Positions 18,237-28,730 of a stretch of DNA of 64,000 bases are shown here, one piece after another. The notes under the pieces are model-generated. The model was not told where the DNA came from. It searched no databases and saw nothing but the letters and a program-made list of their open reading frames with translations. Position 1 is the first letter of the stretch; every line of letters starts with the position of its first letter. The translations under genes and the position numbers were made by a program. Location: sequence record SRR33789315_30, one strand, 5' to 3'.

Positions 18237-20641
18237 TTAAACTTTTTCTTCTTCTTAAATGGATTTTGAAAAATTTTATCGTACCATTTCTTATCTAGAT
18301 GATCTTGACCATAGCCATAGCCATAGCCATAGCCATACTTACTACCGTAATATCCAAAGCTACTGAAATCAACATCATTAACAAGTAAAGCAACGTTTCT
18401 TAATTTATTACTTTCACTTAATTCTTTAGGAAAACGTAAAATACTTTTATCTGTAAAGCCTGCCCTAACTAAATATACTGTTAAATCAGCATATTGACTT
18501 ATTAATAAAGTATCAGAAACCAATACCGAAGGAGCAGTATCTACAATAATGTAATCATATTTGTTTTTTAGTCTTTCTAACAATTCACTAAATCGTGGAT
18601 TAAGCAATAATTCAGCAGGATTAGGTGGTATTCTTCCTGACATTATTACGTCCAATGTATTTCTATGAAATTTTGCTTCTGCAATAATGCTTTCTACGGT
18701 TAAAGTTTCATCAAATAAGTATTCAGTAAGACCCTTATTTTTTTGTGGTTTATCTACGTAACGATGAATTTGAGGATTACGAATATCTGCTCCAATTAAA
18801 AGCACTGACTTATTTGTAGATTTAAGGGTCAAAGCAAGGTTTACAGCGACAAATGTTTTTCCTTCATTTTTTATAGATGAGGTCACATATATAGTCTTAT
18901 TGTTATTTTCTGTATTTGCTAAAAGATAGGCAAGATTAGTACGAACAATCCTAAATGATTCCGCTAGAATAGATCGATCATTTTGCTTAATGGTTTCTCT
19001 ATCAAAACCTCCATCAATATTTGGTATTTCACCTAGAACAGGAATATTGGGAATTTTCTTTTCTACATCTACCCTGCCGTGTACCTTAGTATCTATTAAT
19101 TGCCTGACGTAGACAAACATCAAAGGAAGTAATAAACCCGCTATAAATGCGCCAGCATAAATTGAATTAGGCTTAGGTGAAATAGGGGCTCGATTACTAA
19201 AAGCCTTATTAATAACCTTGGCCTTAGGGGTCGCCACAGCCATAGATATATTTGACTCTTCTCGTTTTTGTAATAAATAAGAATATATAGATTCTTTAAT
19301 AATACGCTCACGGTCAATATCTATTAATTCCTTTTCTTTACCGGGAAGCTGAGCGATTTGAGACATAACTCTACCTTCTTGTCTCTTTAAATCCTTGCTG
19401 GTAATTTCTAAAGCTCTTTTATCTGTCTGAAGACTTTCGAGAATATTGGATTTATATTCCGGCAATTGAGCATTAATTACTTCTACAGATGGATGTTGCT
19501 CAGTTACTCTTTTTAACAAGCGATTTTTCTCGAAAATTAATTCATTATAGTTTTCTATCGCAGCAGAGGTTGTTGCACTTTTTGCCAAATTAGCAGGAAA
19601 AGGACTGGAATCATCAGATTTTTGAAGATAATCAAGATAAGAATTAACCAATTCTTTTTCAACTCCTATATTAATAATTTGACTTCTTAAAACACTTTTC
19701 TCACTTTGAATAATAGTTCCCTCTGCTTCAACACTTGTTAATCTATTATCCTCCTTAAAAACCACCTTGTCTAAGGCAACAGAATCTAATTCTTTAAATA
19801 TGACATTTAATCTTTCATCGATGAAGTTAGAAGTTTTAAGTGCCACTTGGTTGCGTTCGAAAATAGCTTCCTCATTATAAACTTCTATCAATGTATTTAA
19901 AATAGCTTCTGACTTGTCCATTAATGGTGACGTAGTAGATAATCTTATAATACTACTTTCCTGATTTATTGGAGCAACCTGAATACTTCCCCAAAGAGCA
20001 CGAGTCATTGATTCTATGTCACTAATTTTAACCTCAATTACATTATCATTTTTAGCAGTATTAAACTTTTCAAATTCTGAGATTACAGAAATAACTACAT
20101 TCGGAAATTCTATTTTTTCACCGAAAATAAATTGCTTTTTCTCACCTTCTTCTCCAATTTGCATTTCAAAAGTGGTATTAGATTTAATTGAAAATAGCAA
20201 ATCTAAAGGTCTAAAATTTTCATCATAATCAAGAATGAGTACCATAAAAGGTTTTTTTGAAAAGACTTCAGTAGCTTGAACATTGCCTTTATAAAAATAG
20301 CGTATGTTAAGGTTGAGCTTTTCAACTACTTTTTTTGTGATATCCTTGGATTTAAGGATTTCTAACTCATTTGCAAAAGCCGATTTTGACAAGCCAGATC
20401 CAATAAGTCCTAAATCACTAAAAGCTGCAACTTCTGACATATCACTATTACCAGTATCCTTAATGAGAATAGTTGCCTGAGAGGAATATATTCTGGTGGC
20501 ATATCTTAAATGAAGATGCGCAAGAATAAGTGCAATAGCTATTATTAGAAGATACCAAGGCCAATAGCGAAGGTATTGATAGAGTTGTTCTTTTAATGAC
20601 GAATCATCTACTGTAGACTCAAAGGATTGCTGCTCTTCCAT
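18233..20641 (-). CDS. wzc: Polysaccharide co-polymerase / BY tyrosine kinase Wzc
   Basis: Two TM helices flanking a coiled-coil region, AESFRIVRTNL, Walker A-like NEGKT, PPNPAELL, Walker B IIVDTAP, C-terminal Tyr cluster. Confidence 0.95.
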   Translation of the reverse strand: MEEQQSFESTVDDSSLKEQLYQYLRYWPWYLLIIAIALILAHLHLRYATRIYSSQATILIKDTGNSDMSEVAAFSDLGLIGSGLSKSAFANELEILKSKDITKKVVEKLNLNIRYFYKGNVQATEVFSKKPFMVLILDYDENFRPLDLLFSIKSNTTFEMQIGEEGEKKQFIFGEKIEFPNVVISVISEFEKFNTAKNDNVIEVKISDIESMTRALWGSIQVAPINQESSIIRLSTTSPLMDKSEAILNTLIEVYNEEAIFERNQVALKTSNFIDERLNVIFKELDSVALDKVVFKEDNRLTSVEAEGTIIQSEKSVLRSQIINIGVEKELVNSYLDYLQKSDDSSPFPANLAKSATTSAAIENYNELIFEKNRLLKRVTEQHPSVEVINAQLPEYKSNILESLQTDKRALEITSKDLKRQEGRVMSQIAQLPGKEKELIDIDRERIIKESIYSYLLQKREESNISMAVATPKAKVINKAFSNRAPISPKPNSIYAGAFIAGLLLPLMFVYVRQLIDTKVHGRVDVEKKIPNIPVLGEIPNIDGGFDRETIKQNDRSILAESFRIVRTNLAYLLANTENNNKTIYVTSSIKNEGKTFVAVNLALTLKSTNKSVLLIGADIRNPQIHRYVDKPQKNKGLTEYLFDETLTVESIIAEAKFHRNTLDVIMSGRIPPNPAELLLNPRFSELLERLKNKYDYIIVDTAPSVLVSDTLLISQYADLTVYLVRAGFTDKSILRFPKELSESNKLRNVALLVNDVDFSSFGYYGSKYGYGYGYGYGQDHLDKKWYDKIFQNPFKKKKKFN
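18309..18338. repeat. 6-bp tandem repeat (CCATAG)4 plus CCATAC, encoding the Tyr-Gly cluster of Wzc
   Basis: Directly visible; in frame within wzc. Confidence 0.9.
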
Positions 20642-20643
20642 AT

Positions 20644-21375
20644 TTATATTCTAGTCATTAAGGTAACGATTCCAAGTATCACAGCTACATATGGCAAAAT
20701 TGCACTCGTAAAAGAATTATTCGCAGATTCCTGAACTCTCCTATTATTAGGCTTTACATAAATCACGTCATTTTGCTTTAGATAGTAATAGGGAGATTTA
20801 AAAATTTCCTTACTTGTTACATCTAATTCACCAAATGTAGTCACATTATTTACTTCACGAACTATCATTATATCGTTTCTTATTCCAGATATAGCTAAAT
20901 CTCCAGCTAATCCTAATGCTTCTAAAATTGTTATACGCTCTTGATTTATCAAAAAATTAGTAGGGTTATTAACTTCTCCCAATATCGTAATTGTAAAATT
21001 CGTCAACTGGATATTGACTATAGGATTCTTAAGATATACAGAGACAAGTTCTTTAATTTTATTTTGAGCTTCTATCCGAGTAAGCCCAGCTATTTTGATA
21101 GTACCTATTGAGGGGAATTGTATATTACCATTTTCATCAATTAAATATCCAATTGATTCATCCACATTATATGGAGAAGCATCTTCAGCCCAAATCCCAG
21201 ATACCGTTATTGCTAAAATATCATCAGGTTGATAAACTATACTACTAACTGGAGTTTCTATCTCCGAAATGTGAGTCCCTTCTAAATCCTGTAGATATAA
21301 AATATCCTCTTTAGACGCACAAGATGAAAAAAAGACTAATGACAAAAAAAATGATAACCTTAAAATATTTTTCAA
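20644..21375 (-). CDS. wza: Polysaccharide export outer-membrane lipoprotein Wza
   Basis: Lipobox FFSSC, QPDDILAITV, GEVNNP, TILEALGLAGDL, YYLKQNDVIYV. Likely TTG start at 21375, downstream of a consensus promoter that lies inside the longer ORF call. Confidence 0.9.
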   Translation of the reverse strand: MKNILRLSFFLSLVFFSSCASKEDILYLQDLEGTHISEIETPVSSIVYQPDDILAITVSGIWAEDASPYNVDESIGYLIDENGNIQFPSIGTIKIAGLTRIEAQNKIKELVSVYLKNPIVNIQLTNFTITILGEVNNPTNFLINQERITILEALGLAGDLAISGIRNDIMIVREVNNVTTFGELDVTSKEIFKSPYYYLKQNDVIYVKPNNRRVQESANNSFTSAILPYVAVILGIVTLMTRI

Positions 21376-21395
21376 ACCAAACAATTTTTGAGCGA

Positions 21396-21426
21396 CAAAT
21401 ATACTTTTAAATCTGAATTGAGCAAA
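21396..21426 (-). promoter_or_regulatory. Bacteroidota housekeeping promoter for wza-wzc
   Basis: TTTG (21426-21423), 19-bp spacer, TATATTTG (21403-21396): full -33/-7 consensus. Confidence 0.7.
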
Positions 21427-21643
21427 TTTAAGATTACAACTTAAGAGGTTCTCAACAGTAGATTGAACAACATTAACCATTAATTTTAATATCTCACAAA
21501 AAAATAGATAATTTATCTTAAAATTGCACACCTAAAATATAATTATAACATTAAATAATTTCACATAATAGTATCTAAATTTATAGAATCATCAAAAATT
21601 AGAAGATATAATAAGTGAATAAGGGCTATTTTAATTTAAAAAG

Positions 21644-21651
21644 TATATTTG
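21644..21651 (+). promoter_or_regulatory. -7 promoter element for gmd-fcl
   Basis: TATATTTG 43 bp upstream of the gmd ATG; no clear -33 TTTG. Confidence 0.55.
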
Positions 21652-21694
21652 CTAACATTCTAATATTAATTAATATAATAATAATAAAATACGA

Positions 21695-22807
21695 ATGAAA
21701 ACAGCTTTTATCACAGGGGTTACAGGACAAGACGGAGCTTATTTAAGTGAATTCTTACTAAAAAAGGGGTATATCGTTCATGGCTTAAAAAGACGTGCAT
21801 CTTTATTTAATACAGATAGAATAGACCACTTATATCAAGACCCTCACGTAGAAAACAGAAACTTCATCCTTCATTATGGAGACATGACGGATAGCACCAA
21901 CTTAATTCGTCTTATTAAGGAAATAAAACCCGATGAAATTTACAATCTTGCCGCTATGAGTCATGTGCAGGTATCTTTTGAAACCCCAGAATATACTGGT
22001 AATGCTGATGGTTTAGGAACCTTAAGAATATTAGATGCTGTCCGTTTATTAGGTATGGAAAAAACGACTCGGATTTACCAAGCTTCAACATCAGAGCTTT
22101 ATGGTAAAGTTCAAGAAGTACCACAATCTGAAACTACTCCTTTTTACCCAAGAAGTCCTTATGCAGTAGCTAAAATGTACGCCTACTGGATTACCGTAAA
22201 TTATAGAGAAGCTTACGATATGTTTGCTTGTAATGGTATTTTATTCAATCACGAATCTCCCATTCGAGGAGAAACTTTTGTGACGCGTAAGATAACCAGA
22301 GCGGCTTCTAAAATAGCTTTAGGTCTTCAAGATAAAATTTACTTGGGTAATCTTGATGCACAAAGAGACTGGGGTCATGCAAAAGACTATGTACGCATGA
22401 TGTGGATGATTCTTCAAGCAGAGGAAGCGGAAGACTGGGTAATTGCAACAGGAACAACTACTCCGGTTAGAGAATTTGTGAAAATGGCTTTCGGAAAAGT
22501 TGGAATAGAACTCGAATTTAAAGGAACTGGCGTTGATGAAAAAGGATATGTTAAGTCGTGTTCAAACCCAGAGTTTCAAATAGAGATAGGGAAGGAGGTT
22601 CTTGCTGTAGATCCTAAATACTTTAGACCTACAGAAGTCGAACTCTTGATTGGTGATCCAACAAAAGCAAAAACCAAACTGGGCTGGATTCCAGAATATG
22701 ATTTAGAAGATTTGGTAAGTGACATGATGGAAAATGATGTCAAATTAATGCAAAAAGACAAATATTTAAAACAAGGAGGGCATCAAACTTTTAATTATTT
22801 TGAATAA
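21695..22807 (+). CDS. gmd: GDP-mannose 4,6-dehydratase
   Basis: [49 protein letters not shown]. Confidence 0.97.
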   Translation: MKTAFITGVTGQDGAYLSEFLLKKGYIVHGLKRRASLFNTDRIDHLYQDPHVENRNFILHYGDMTDSTNLIRLIKEIKPDEIYNLAAMSHVQVSFETPEYTGNADGLGTLRILDAVRLLGMEKTTRIYQASTSELYGKVQEVPQSETTPFYPRSPYAVAKMYAYWITVNYREAYDMFACNGILFNHESPIRGETFVTRKITRAASKIALGLQDKIYLGNLDAQRDWGHAKDYVRMMWMILQAEEAEDWVIATGTTTPVREFVKMAFGKVGIELEFKGTGVDEKGYVKSCSNPEFQIEIGKEVLAVDPKYFRPTEVELLIGDPTKAKTKLGWIPEYDLEDLVSDMMENDVKLMQKDKYLKQGGHQTFNYFE

Positions 22808-22860
22808 ATTAAACTAAGCGCTTTTTTAAGTTGTAAAGCCCCTATCCTGAAAAACCAATA

Positions 22861-23952
22861 ATGGAGAAAAGTTCAAAAATTTATATCGCTGGCCATAGAG
22901 GTCTAGTGGGAAGCGCTATTGTAAAAAACCTACACGCAAAAGGATATCACAACCTCATTACACGTACCCATACAGAATTAGATTTAACAGATTCTAATGC
23001 GGTACGTGTTTTTTTTGAAACCGAAAAACCCGAATTTGTCTTCTTAGCGGCGGCAAAAGTGGGTGGTATAGTTGCTAATAATACGTATCGAGCAGATTTT
23101 ATTTATGCTAACCTGATGATTCAAAATAATGTCATTCATCAAAGTTATGTGTCAGGAGTTAAAAAAATGATGTTCTTAGGAAGCACTTGCATTTATCCCA
23201 AAAACTGTCCTCAACCTATGAAAGAGGACTATTTATTGACTGATACACTAGAATATACCAATGAACCTTATGCAATTGCCAAAATTGCAGGTATAAAAAT
23301 GTGTGAAAGCTATAATCTACAATACGGTACTAATTTCATCTCTGTAATGCCCACCAATTTGTATGGGCCCAACGATAACTTTGATCTTGAAAAATCTCAT
23401 GTCCTTCCCGCTTTGATTCGGAAATTACATCTAGGTAGGGCGCTAGAAAATCAAGACTGGGATACTATTACAGTTGATTTAAATAAACTACCGATTGAAG
23501 GCGTTTCTGGTAGTTCTAAAAAAAGTGAGATTCTAGAGGTTCTTGCAAAATATGGCGTCGTTTATAATGACCACACTCAAGAAGTAAGCGTAGAAATTTG
23601 GGGAACGGGTACCCCCATGCGCGAATTTTTATGGAGTGAAGATATGGCTGATGCCTGCATCTTTCTTATGGAAGAACGAGATTTTGCGGACACCTATGAC
23701 CCAAATGCCACAGAGGTTAGAAATACGCATATTAACATTGGAACAGGAAAAGATATAAGCATCAAAAATTTAGCAAATCTAATTAAAGAAACCATTGGCT
23801 ATAGTGGCCATTTAAAGTATAACACCTCCAAACCTGACGGAACGATGAAGAAACTTACCGATCCGTCAAAATTAAACAAATTAGGCTGGGTTCATAAAAT
23901 CGAACTCTCTGAAGGAATTCATAACATTTACAATTGGTACATTGCCAAATAG
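22861..23952 (+). CDS. fcl: GDP-L-fucose synthase
   Basis: IAGHRGLVGSA, AAAKVGGI, YAIAKIAG, MPTNLYGPNDNF, WGTGTPMREF. Confidence 0.96.
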   Translation: MEKSSKIYIAGHRGLVGSAIVKNLHAKGYHNLITRTHTELDLTDSNAVRVFFETEKPEFVFLAAAKVGGIVANNTYRADFIYANLMIQNNVIHQSYVSGVKKMMFLGSTCIYPKNCPQPMKEDYLLTDTLEYTNEPYAIAKIAGIKMCESYNLQYGTNFISVMPTNLYGPNDNFDLEKSHVLPALIRKLHLGRALENQDWDTITVDLNKLPIEGVSGSSKKSEILEVLAKYGVVYNDHTQEVSVEIWGTGTPMREFLWSEDMADACIFLMEERDFADTYDPNATEVRNTHINIGTGKDISIKNLANLIKETIGYSGHLKYNTSKPDGTMKKLTDPSKLNKLGWVHKIELSEGIHNIYNWYIAK

Positions 23953-24152
23953 GTGAATTACCCCCAAATACAAGTACTATTAAATATTAACAGGTAATAA
24001 AGAATAGATTTTGACTAAAAAAGTTGCATTTACTATTTCGTCAATTGCAAAATTATATTGTATTTATGTGTCTACTATAAGAGGTGATTTTTCCAAAAAA
24101 ACTTATAGAAATTATGTAATCCTAGATCTATTCTATTAACTTATTTCTTTAC

Positions 24153-25922
24153 GTGAAAGAATTTCTAACAACTAATAGTGCGTGGATAACCGGGATTGTT
24201 TTACTCCTTATGATAGTTGAGTTAATACGATCCAAAACCAGACCGTCTATTGTTTTTAGTGCTGTAGTGATTACCTTTCTAGCTCTAGGCTATGTGGATA
24301 TCAATAGCATCTTACAGGCTTCCATCACCAAAAGTGTGCTCATTATTTTTCTAGTCATTTCCATTTCAGATAGTATTAATCAACATATTGATATCGGAAA
24401 ATCATTAGACCTGCTGTTGGGGAAAATAACCAGTCCTCGCCTATTTCTAGCGGTATTATGCATCTGTGTAGCATTGATTTCTTCTTTATTTAATAATACC
24501 CCTGTAGTCATTATTCTTATTCCTTTTGTTATGCAAAAAGCGGATAAATACGGAATCTCCCCCTCAAAACTTTTAATTCCGCTATCATTCTCAGCTATCT
24601 TGGGCGGCATGATCACCTTAATAGGTACATCAACAAACCTTGTTTTAAATGGGCTGTTAGAGACAAACGGATTAGAACTATTTAAATTCTATGACTTTCT
24701 CGTTCCTGGCCTGTTAGTAAGTGCTTTAGGTATTTTATTTATGGTGTTATTTGGATTTAAATTGCTTCCATCAGGATCATTAAGCACCAATCAAAAAATT
24801 AATGATGTGCGTAAATTCTTTGTGGAAGCTAAAATTGGAAACCGCTCGCGATTAATTGGGAAATCTTTGCTGGAAAGCGGTTTAAAAGACATCAAAGGGG
24901 TTTCTCTTTTAGAAGTAGTAAGAGACAGTCGTATTTTTGATGTTACAGCATCAAAAAATTTAATTCTAGAAGAAGCAGATCGGCTTATTTTTTCAGGTAG
25001 TTTAAATGATGTCATGCAACTTAATGCCGGCAATACCAACTTAGAATTTATAGCCAGCAAACGACTAAAGCAAGAAGATAAACTTAAATTTGTAGAATTA
25101 TCTATTCCCTCTAACTCCCACCTTAACGGAAAAAAAATCAATCAAACTAACTTTAGGCAAAAATACGGCGCTACCATTTTAGCCGTGCATAGAAATAGTG
25201 AAGATCTAAGTGGTAGAATTGGGGAGATTGTTTTAAAAAGTGGAGACTTGCTAATTATAGTACCTCATGACCAACTCACAGAAGCATTGAAATTAGACTT
25301 TCATATCCTCTCCAATCTTACAAAAGAAAAGAAAACAGCCAAACACAAATATTTATTATTGACTGGCATTATTGCTTTAATTACCCTATTTGCATTTCAA
25401 AAAGTAGATTTATTTCTCTTTCTGCTTTTAGTCTTAGGACTCCTTATCGCTATAGGTTATACCAGTACTAGGCATATCAAAAACGGCTTTAGACTCGATT
25501 TGTTTGTGGTTTTAATCTCCTCCATTATAGTCGGAGACATTTTCATGAAGTCCGGTTTATCAGAATCAATTTCTTCCAGTTTACTAACGGTATTAAGTCC
25601 CTTTGGGAATGGAGGTATTATTCTGGGATTGATGCTTTTTACCGTGCTCTTAACCTCTTTTATAACAAATGTTGCTGCGGTCTCCATAGCGTTTCCGTTG
25701 GCCTATTCTATTAGTTCATCAACCGGTCTTCCTGACGAAGCCTTATTTTTAGCCGTTGCTTTTTCAGCTTCAGCAGCTTTTATGACCCCTATAGGTTATC
25801 AAACCAATCTAATCGTTATGGCGCCTGGAAATTATAAATTCAAAGATTTCCTCAAGATAGGCGCTCCTTTGACCATAATTTATATTTTTGTGGTTTGGTG
25901 CTATATTCGTTTCACTTATTAA
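24153..25922 (+). CDS. SLC13/DASS family permease with TrkA-C domains (probable sulfate transporter)
   Basis: NNTPVV, PSKLLIPLSF, TLIGTSTNL, central soluble domains, FMTPIGYQTNL; directly upstream of cysC. Confidence 0.88.
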   Translation: MKEFLTTNSAWITGIVLLLMIVELIRSKTRPSIVFSAVVITFLALGYVDINSILQASITKSVLIIFLVISISDSINQHIDIGKSLDLLLGKITSPRLFLAVLCICVALISSLFNNTPVVIILIPFVMQKADKYGISPSKLLIPLSFSAILGGMITLIGTSTNLVLNGLLETNGLELFKFYDFLVPGLLVSALGILFMVLFGFKLLPSGSLSTNQKINDVRKFFVEAKIGNRSRLIGKSLLESGLKDIKGVSLLEVVRDSRIFDVTASKNLILEEADRLIFSGSLNDVMQLNAGNTNLEFIASKRLKQEDKLKFVELSIPSNSHLNGKKINQTNFRQKYGATILAVHRNSEDLSGRIGEIVLKSGDLLIIVPHDQLTEALKLDFHILSNLTKEKKTAKHKYLLLTGIIALITLFAFQKVDLFLFLLLVLGLLIAIGYTSTRHIKNGFRLDLFVVLISSIIVGDIFMKSGLSESISSSLLTVLSPFGNGGIILGLMLFTVLLTSFITNVAAVSIAFPLAYSISSSTGLPDEALFLAVAFSASAAFMTPIGYQTNLIVMAPGNYKFKDFLKIGAPLTIIYIFVVWCYIRFTY

Positions 25923-25931
25923 TATAAGATA

Positions 25932-26522
25932 TTGGATAAAAATTTAAGAAAACAAGATTACAAAGTAACATTAGAAAAACGTATTGCGCTTTCTAAACAC
26001 AACCCGTTGGTTTTATGGTTTGTGGGGTTATCAGGAAGTGGCAAATCTACCGTGTCTGATGCCTTAGAAATGTTTTTATACGAAAAGGGGCTTCACACCT
26101 ATACTCTTGATGGTGACAATATTAGAATGGGTATCAATAATGACCTAGGTTTTACCTCAAAAGATCGATCTGAAAACATTAGACGTATTGCTGAAATAGG
26201 GAAACTATTTACAGACGCTGGAGTTATTGCTCTTACTGCATTTATTACCCCATTAGCCTCAGATAGAGCTGAAGCTAAAAAAATATTGGGTGATAACTAT
26301 ATAGAGATTTATGTAAACTGCCCATTAGAAGTGTGCGAATCTAGAGATGTCAAAGGACTGTATGCTAGAGCTCGAAAAGGAGAAATACCGAACTTCACCG
26401 GTATTTCCTCCCCATTTGAAGCTCCCGAAAATCCCGATATAGAAATCTTTACTAACACACAATCCATTGACCAATGTGTCAATACAATATGGAATAAAAT
26501 TAAAAAAAAATTAACCAATTAA
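25932..26522 (+). CDS. cysC: Adenylyl-sulfate (APS) kinase
   Basis: GLSGSGKST, LDGDNIR, RSENIRRIAE, RDVKGLY, FTGISSPFE. Confidence 0.96.
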   Translation: MDKNLRKQDYKVTLEKRIALSKHNPLVLWFVGLSGSGKSTVSDALEMFLYEKGLHTYTLDGDNIRMGINNDLGFTSKDRSENIRRIAEIGKLFTDAGVIALTAFITPLASDRAEAKKILGDNYIEIYVNCPLEVCESRDVKGLYARARKGEIPNFTGISSPFEAPENPDIEIFTNTQSIDQCVNTIWNKIKKKLTN

Positions 26523-26524
26523 TT

Positions 26525-27430
26525 ATGAGAAAATACACATTATCCCATTTGGAAGAACTGGAAGCCGAAGCAATCTACATTTTACGGGAGACTGCTGCGC
26601 AATTTCAAAATCCAGCGATTTTGTTTTCTGGAGGTAAAGATTCCATATTAGTTACAGAATTAGCTAGAAGAGCCTTTTATCCAGCAAAAATCCCATTTAC
26701 ATTCCTACATGTAGATACTGGACATAACTTCCCAGAAACCATCGCCTTTAGAGACCAGCTAATGGAAAGTCTAGGCGTGAAACTAGTCGTAGGTCACGTA
26801 GAGGACTCCATTAAAAAAGGGTCTGTTAGAGAAGAAACAGGGATTGATGCAAACCGTAATAAATTGCAAACCACTACCCTACTAGAAGCTATCGAAGATA
26901 ATCAATTTGATGCTTGTATAGGAGGAGGTCGTCGCGATGAGGAAAAAGCCCGTGCTAAGGAACGCTTCTTTTCACACCGGGATGAATTTGGACAATGGAA
27001 TCCTAAACATCAACGTCCGGAGCTTTGGAACATCATGAACGGAAAATTAAATATGGGAGAAAACTTCAGGGTTTTCCCTATTAGTAATTGGACAGAACTA
27101 GACGTGTGGCAATACATTACCGTAAATGAATTAGCACTCCCTTCGCTTTATTTCGCTCACGAAAGACAAGTCATAAGAAGAAATGATACTTGGCTACCTT
27201 TTTCAGAATATATTACACTTAGACCCAAAGAAGAAGTTATAACCAAAAAAATCAGATTTAGAACCCTAGGAGATATCACCATTACAGGTGGTGACGAATC
27301 GGATGCAGATACACTAGACCTGATATTAGAAGAAGTAGCCGTAGCAAGACAAACCGAGCGCGGCAACAGATCGGATGACAAAAGATCTGAAACTTCCATG
27401 GAAGATCGTAAAAAAGAAGGTTATTTCTAA
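26525..27430 (+). CDS. cysD: Sulfate adenylyltransferase subunit 2
   Basis: FSGGKDS, GGGRRDEEKARAKER, QRPELW, RVFPISNWTE, MEDRKKEGYF. Confidence 0.97.
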   Translation: MRKYTLSHLEELEAEAIYILRETAAQFQNPAILFSGGKDSILVTELARRAFYPAKIPFTFLHVDTGHNFPETIAFRDQLMESLGVKLVVGHVEDSIKKGSVREETGIDANRNKLQTTTLLEAIEDNQFDACIGGGRRDEEKARAKERFFSHRDEFGQWNPKHQRPELWNIMNGKLNMGENFRVFPISNWTELDVWQYITVNELALPSLYFAHERQVIRRNDTWLPFSEYITLRPKEEVITKKIRFRTLGDITITGGDESDADTLDLILEEVAVARQTERGNRSDDKRSETSMEDRKKEGYF

Positions 27431-27455
27431 AAATTCATTTCAAAAAAACATACAC

Positions 27456-28727
27456 ATGAGTGCAATTAAGAACGAAGAAAAAGAAATATTAAGATTTACA
27501 ACAGCAGGTAGTGTAGATGACGGAAAAAGCACCTTAATCGGAAGGTTATTGTATGATTCAAAGTCTATTTACCAAGATCAAATAGATAGTCTTCAAAAAA
27601 TATCAGACAAAAAAGGAATCGGGCATTTAGAGTTAGCCCATTTAACCGATGGTCTTAAAGACGAAAGAGAACAAGGAATTACTATTGATGTTGCCTATAG
27701 ATATTTTGCAACACCAAAACGGAAATTCATTATAGCAGATACACCTGGCCACGTACAGTATACCAGAAACATGGTAACTGGTGCATCTACAGCTAACTTG
27801 GCTCTCATTCTTATTGATGCTAGAAAAGGAGTAATTGAGCAAACCAAAAGACACTCTTTTATTGCATCCTTATTGCAAATACAACACATTGTTGTCTGTG
27901 TAAATAAAATGGACCTTGTAGACTATTCAGAAGAAGAATATACTAAAATCATTGAAGATTATAAGAGCTTTGCTTCTAAGCTTAGAATAAAAGATATTCG
28001 ATTCATTCCTATCTCTGCTTTAAATGGAGATAATGTAGTGGACAAATCGGAGAATATGCCTTGGTACCATGGGGATGCCTTACTAGGAACCCTAGAAACT
28101 ATCCATATTAGTAGTGACTATAATATGGTAGATTGTAGATTTCCAGTACAAACTGTGATTAGACCCTTTAATGATGAATTCCACGATTTTAGAGGCTACG
28201 CAGGTAGAATCGTAAGTGGTATCTATAAAGTAGGTGATGAAGTTGTAGCCTTACCCTCAGGTTTTAAATCAAAAATTAAATCTATACAAATAGGTGAAAG
28301 ACAAATTGAAGAGGCTTTTCCTCCGCAATCTGTTACCATGACCCTAGAACATGATATAGATATTAGCCGAGGGGATATGTTAGTACGGGAACATAATCAA
28401 CCTGATTCTATTCAGGATGTCGAAGTAATGCTATGCTGGTTAAATAATGCTGATATGCAGCCACGTGCTAAATATGCTATAAAGCATACTTCTGTGGATG
28501 CTAGAGCCATGATAAAAGAAGTCCTTTACAAAGTGAATGTTAATACATTACATAGAGAGGAAGAAGTAGAAAAAGTAAGCATGAACGATATCGTACGGGT
28601 AATAATTCGTACGACCAAACCGCTTTTAGTGGATGAATATAATGATAATAAAAATACAGGAAGTATTATACTTATAGATGAAAGCACTAACGAAACTGTT
28701 GCTGCCGGTATGATCATCCAAATTTAA
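27456..28727 (+). CDS. cysN: Sulfate adenylyltransferase subunit 1 (GTPase)
   Basis: GSVDDGKSTLIGRL, EREQGITIDVAY, DTPGH, NKMD; likely ATG at 27456. Confidence 0.96.
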   Translation: MSAIKNEEKEILRFTTAGSVDDGKSTLIGRLLYDSKSIYQDQIDSLQKISDKKGIGHLELAHLTDGLKDEREQGITIDVAYRYFATPKRKFIIADTPGHVQYTRNMVTGASTANLALILIDARKGVIEQTKRHSFIASLLQIQHIVVCVNKMDLVDYSEEEYTKIIEDYKSFASKLRIKDIRFIPISALNGDNVVDKSENMPWYHGDALLGTLETIHISSDYNMVDCRFPVQTVIRPFNDEFHDFRGYAGRIVSGIYKVGDEVVALPSGFKSKIKSIQIGERQIEEAFPPQSVTMTLEHDIDISRGDMLVREHNQPDSIQDVEVMLCWLNNADMQPRAKYAIKHTSVDARAMIKEVLYKVNVNTLHREEEVEKVSMNDIVRVIIRTTKPLLVDEYNDNKNTGSIILIDESTNETVAAGMIIQI

Positions 28728-28730
28728 TAT

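Noticed and set aside
21376-21531. N-terminal extension of the wza ORF, and similar extensions at 17421-17486, 27375-27455, 56075-56122 and 58604-58756
   Set aside because: The extensions precede the signal peptide or conserved start, overlap neighbouring genes or contain the promoter, so downstream starts were chosen.
23430-23590. Insertion of about 50 aa in Fcl relative to enteric enzymes
   Set aside because: From recall this is a common feature of Bacteroidota Fcl proteins; it has no intein or mobile-element hallmarks.
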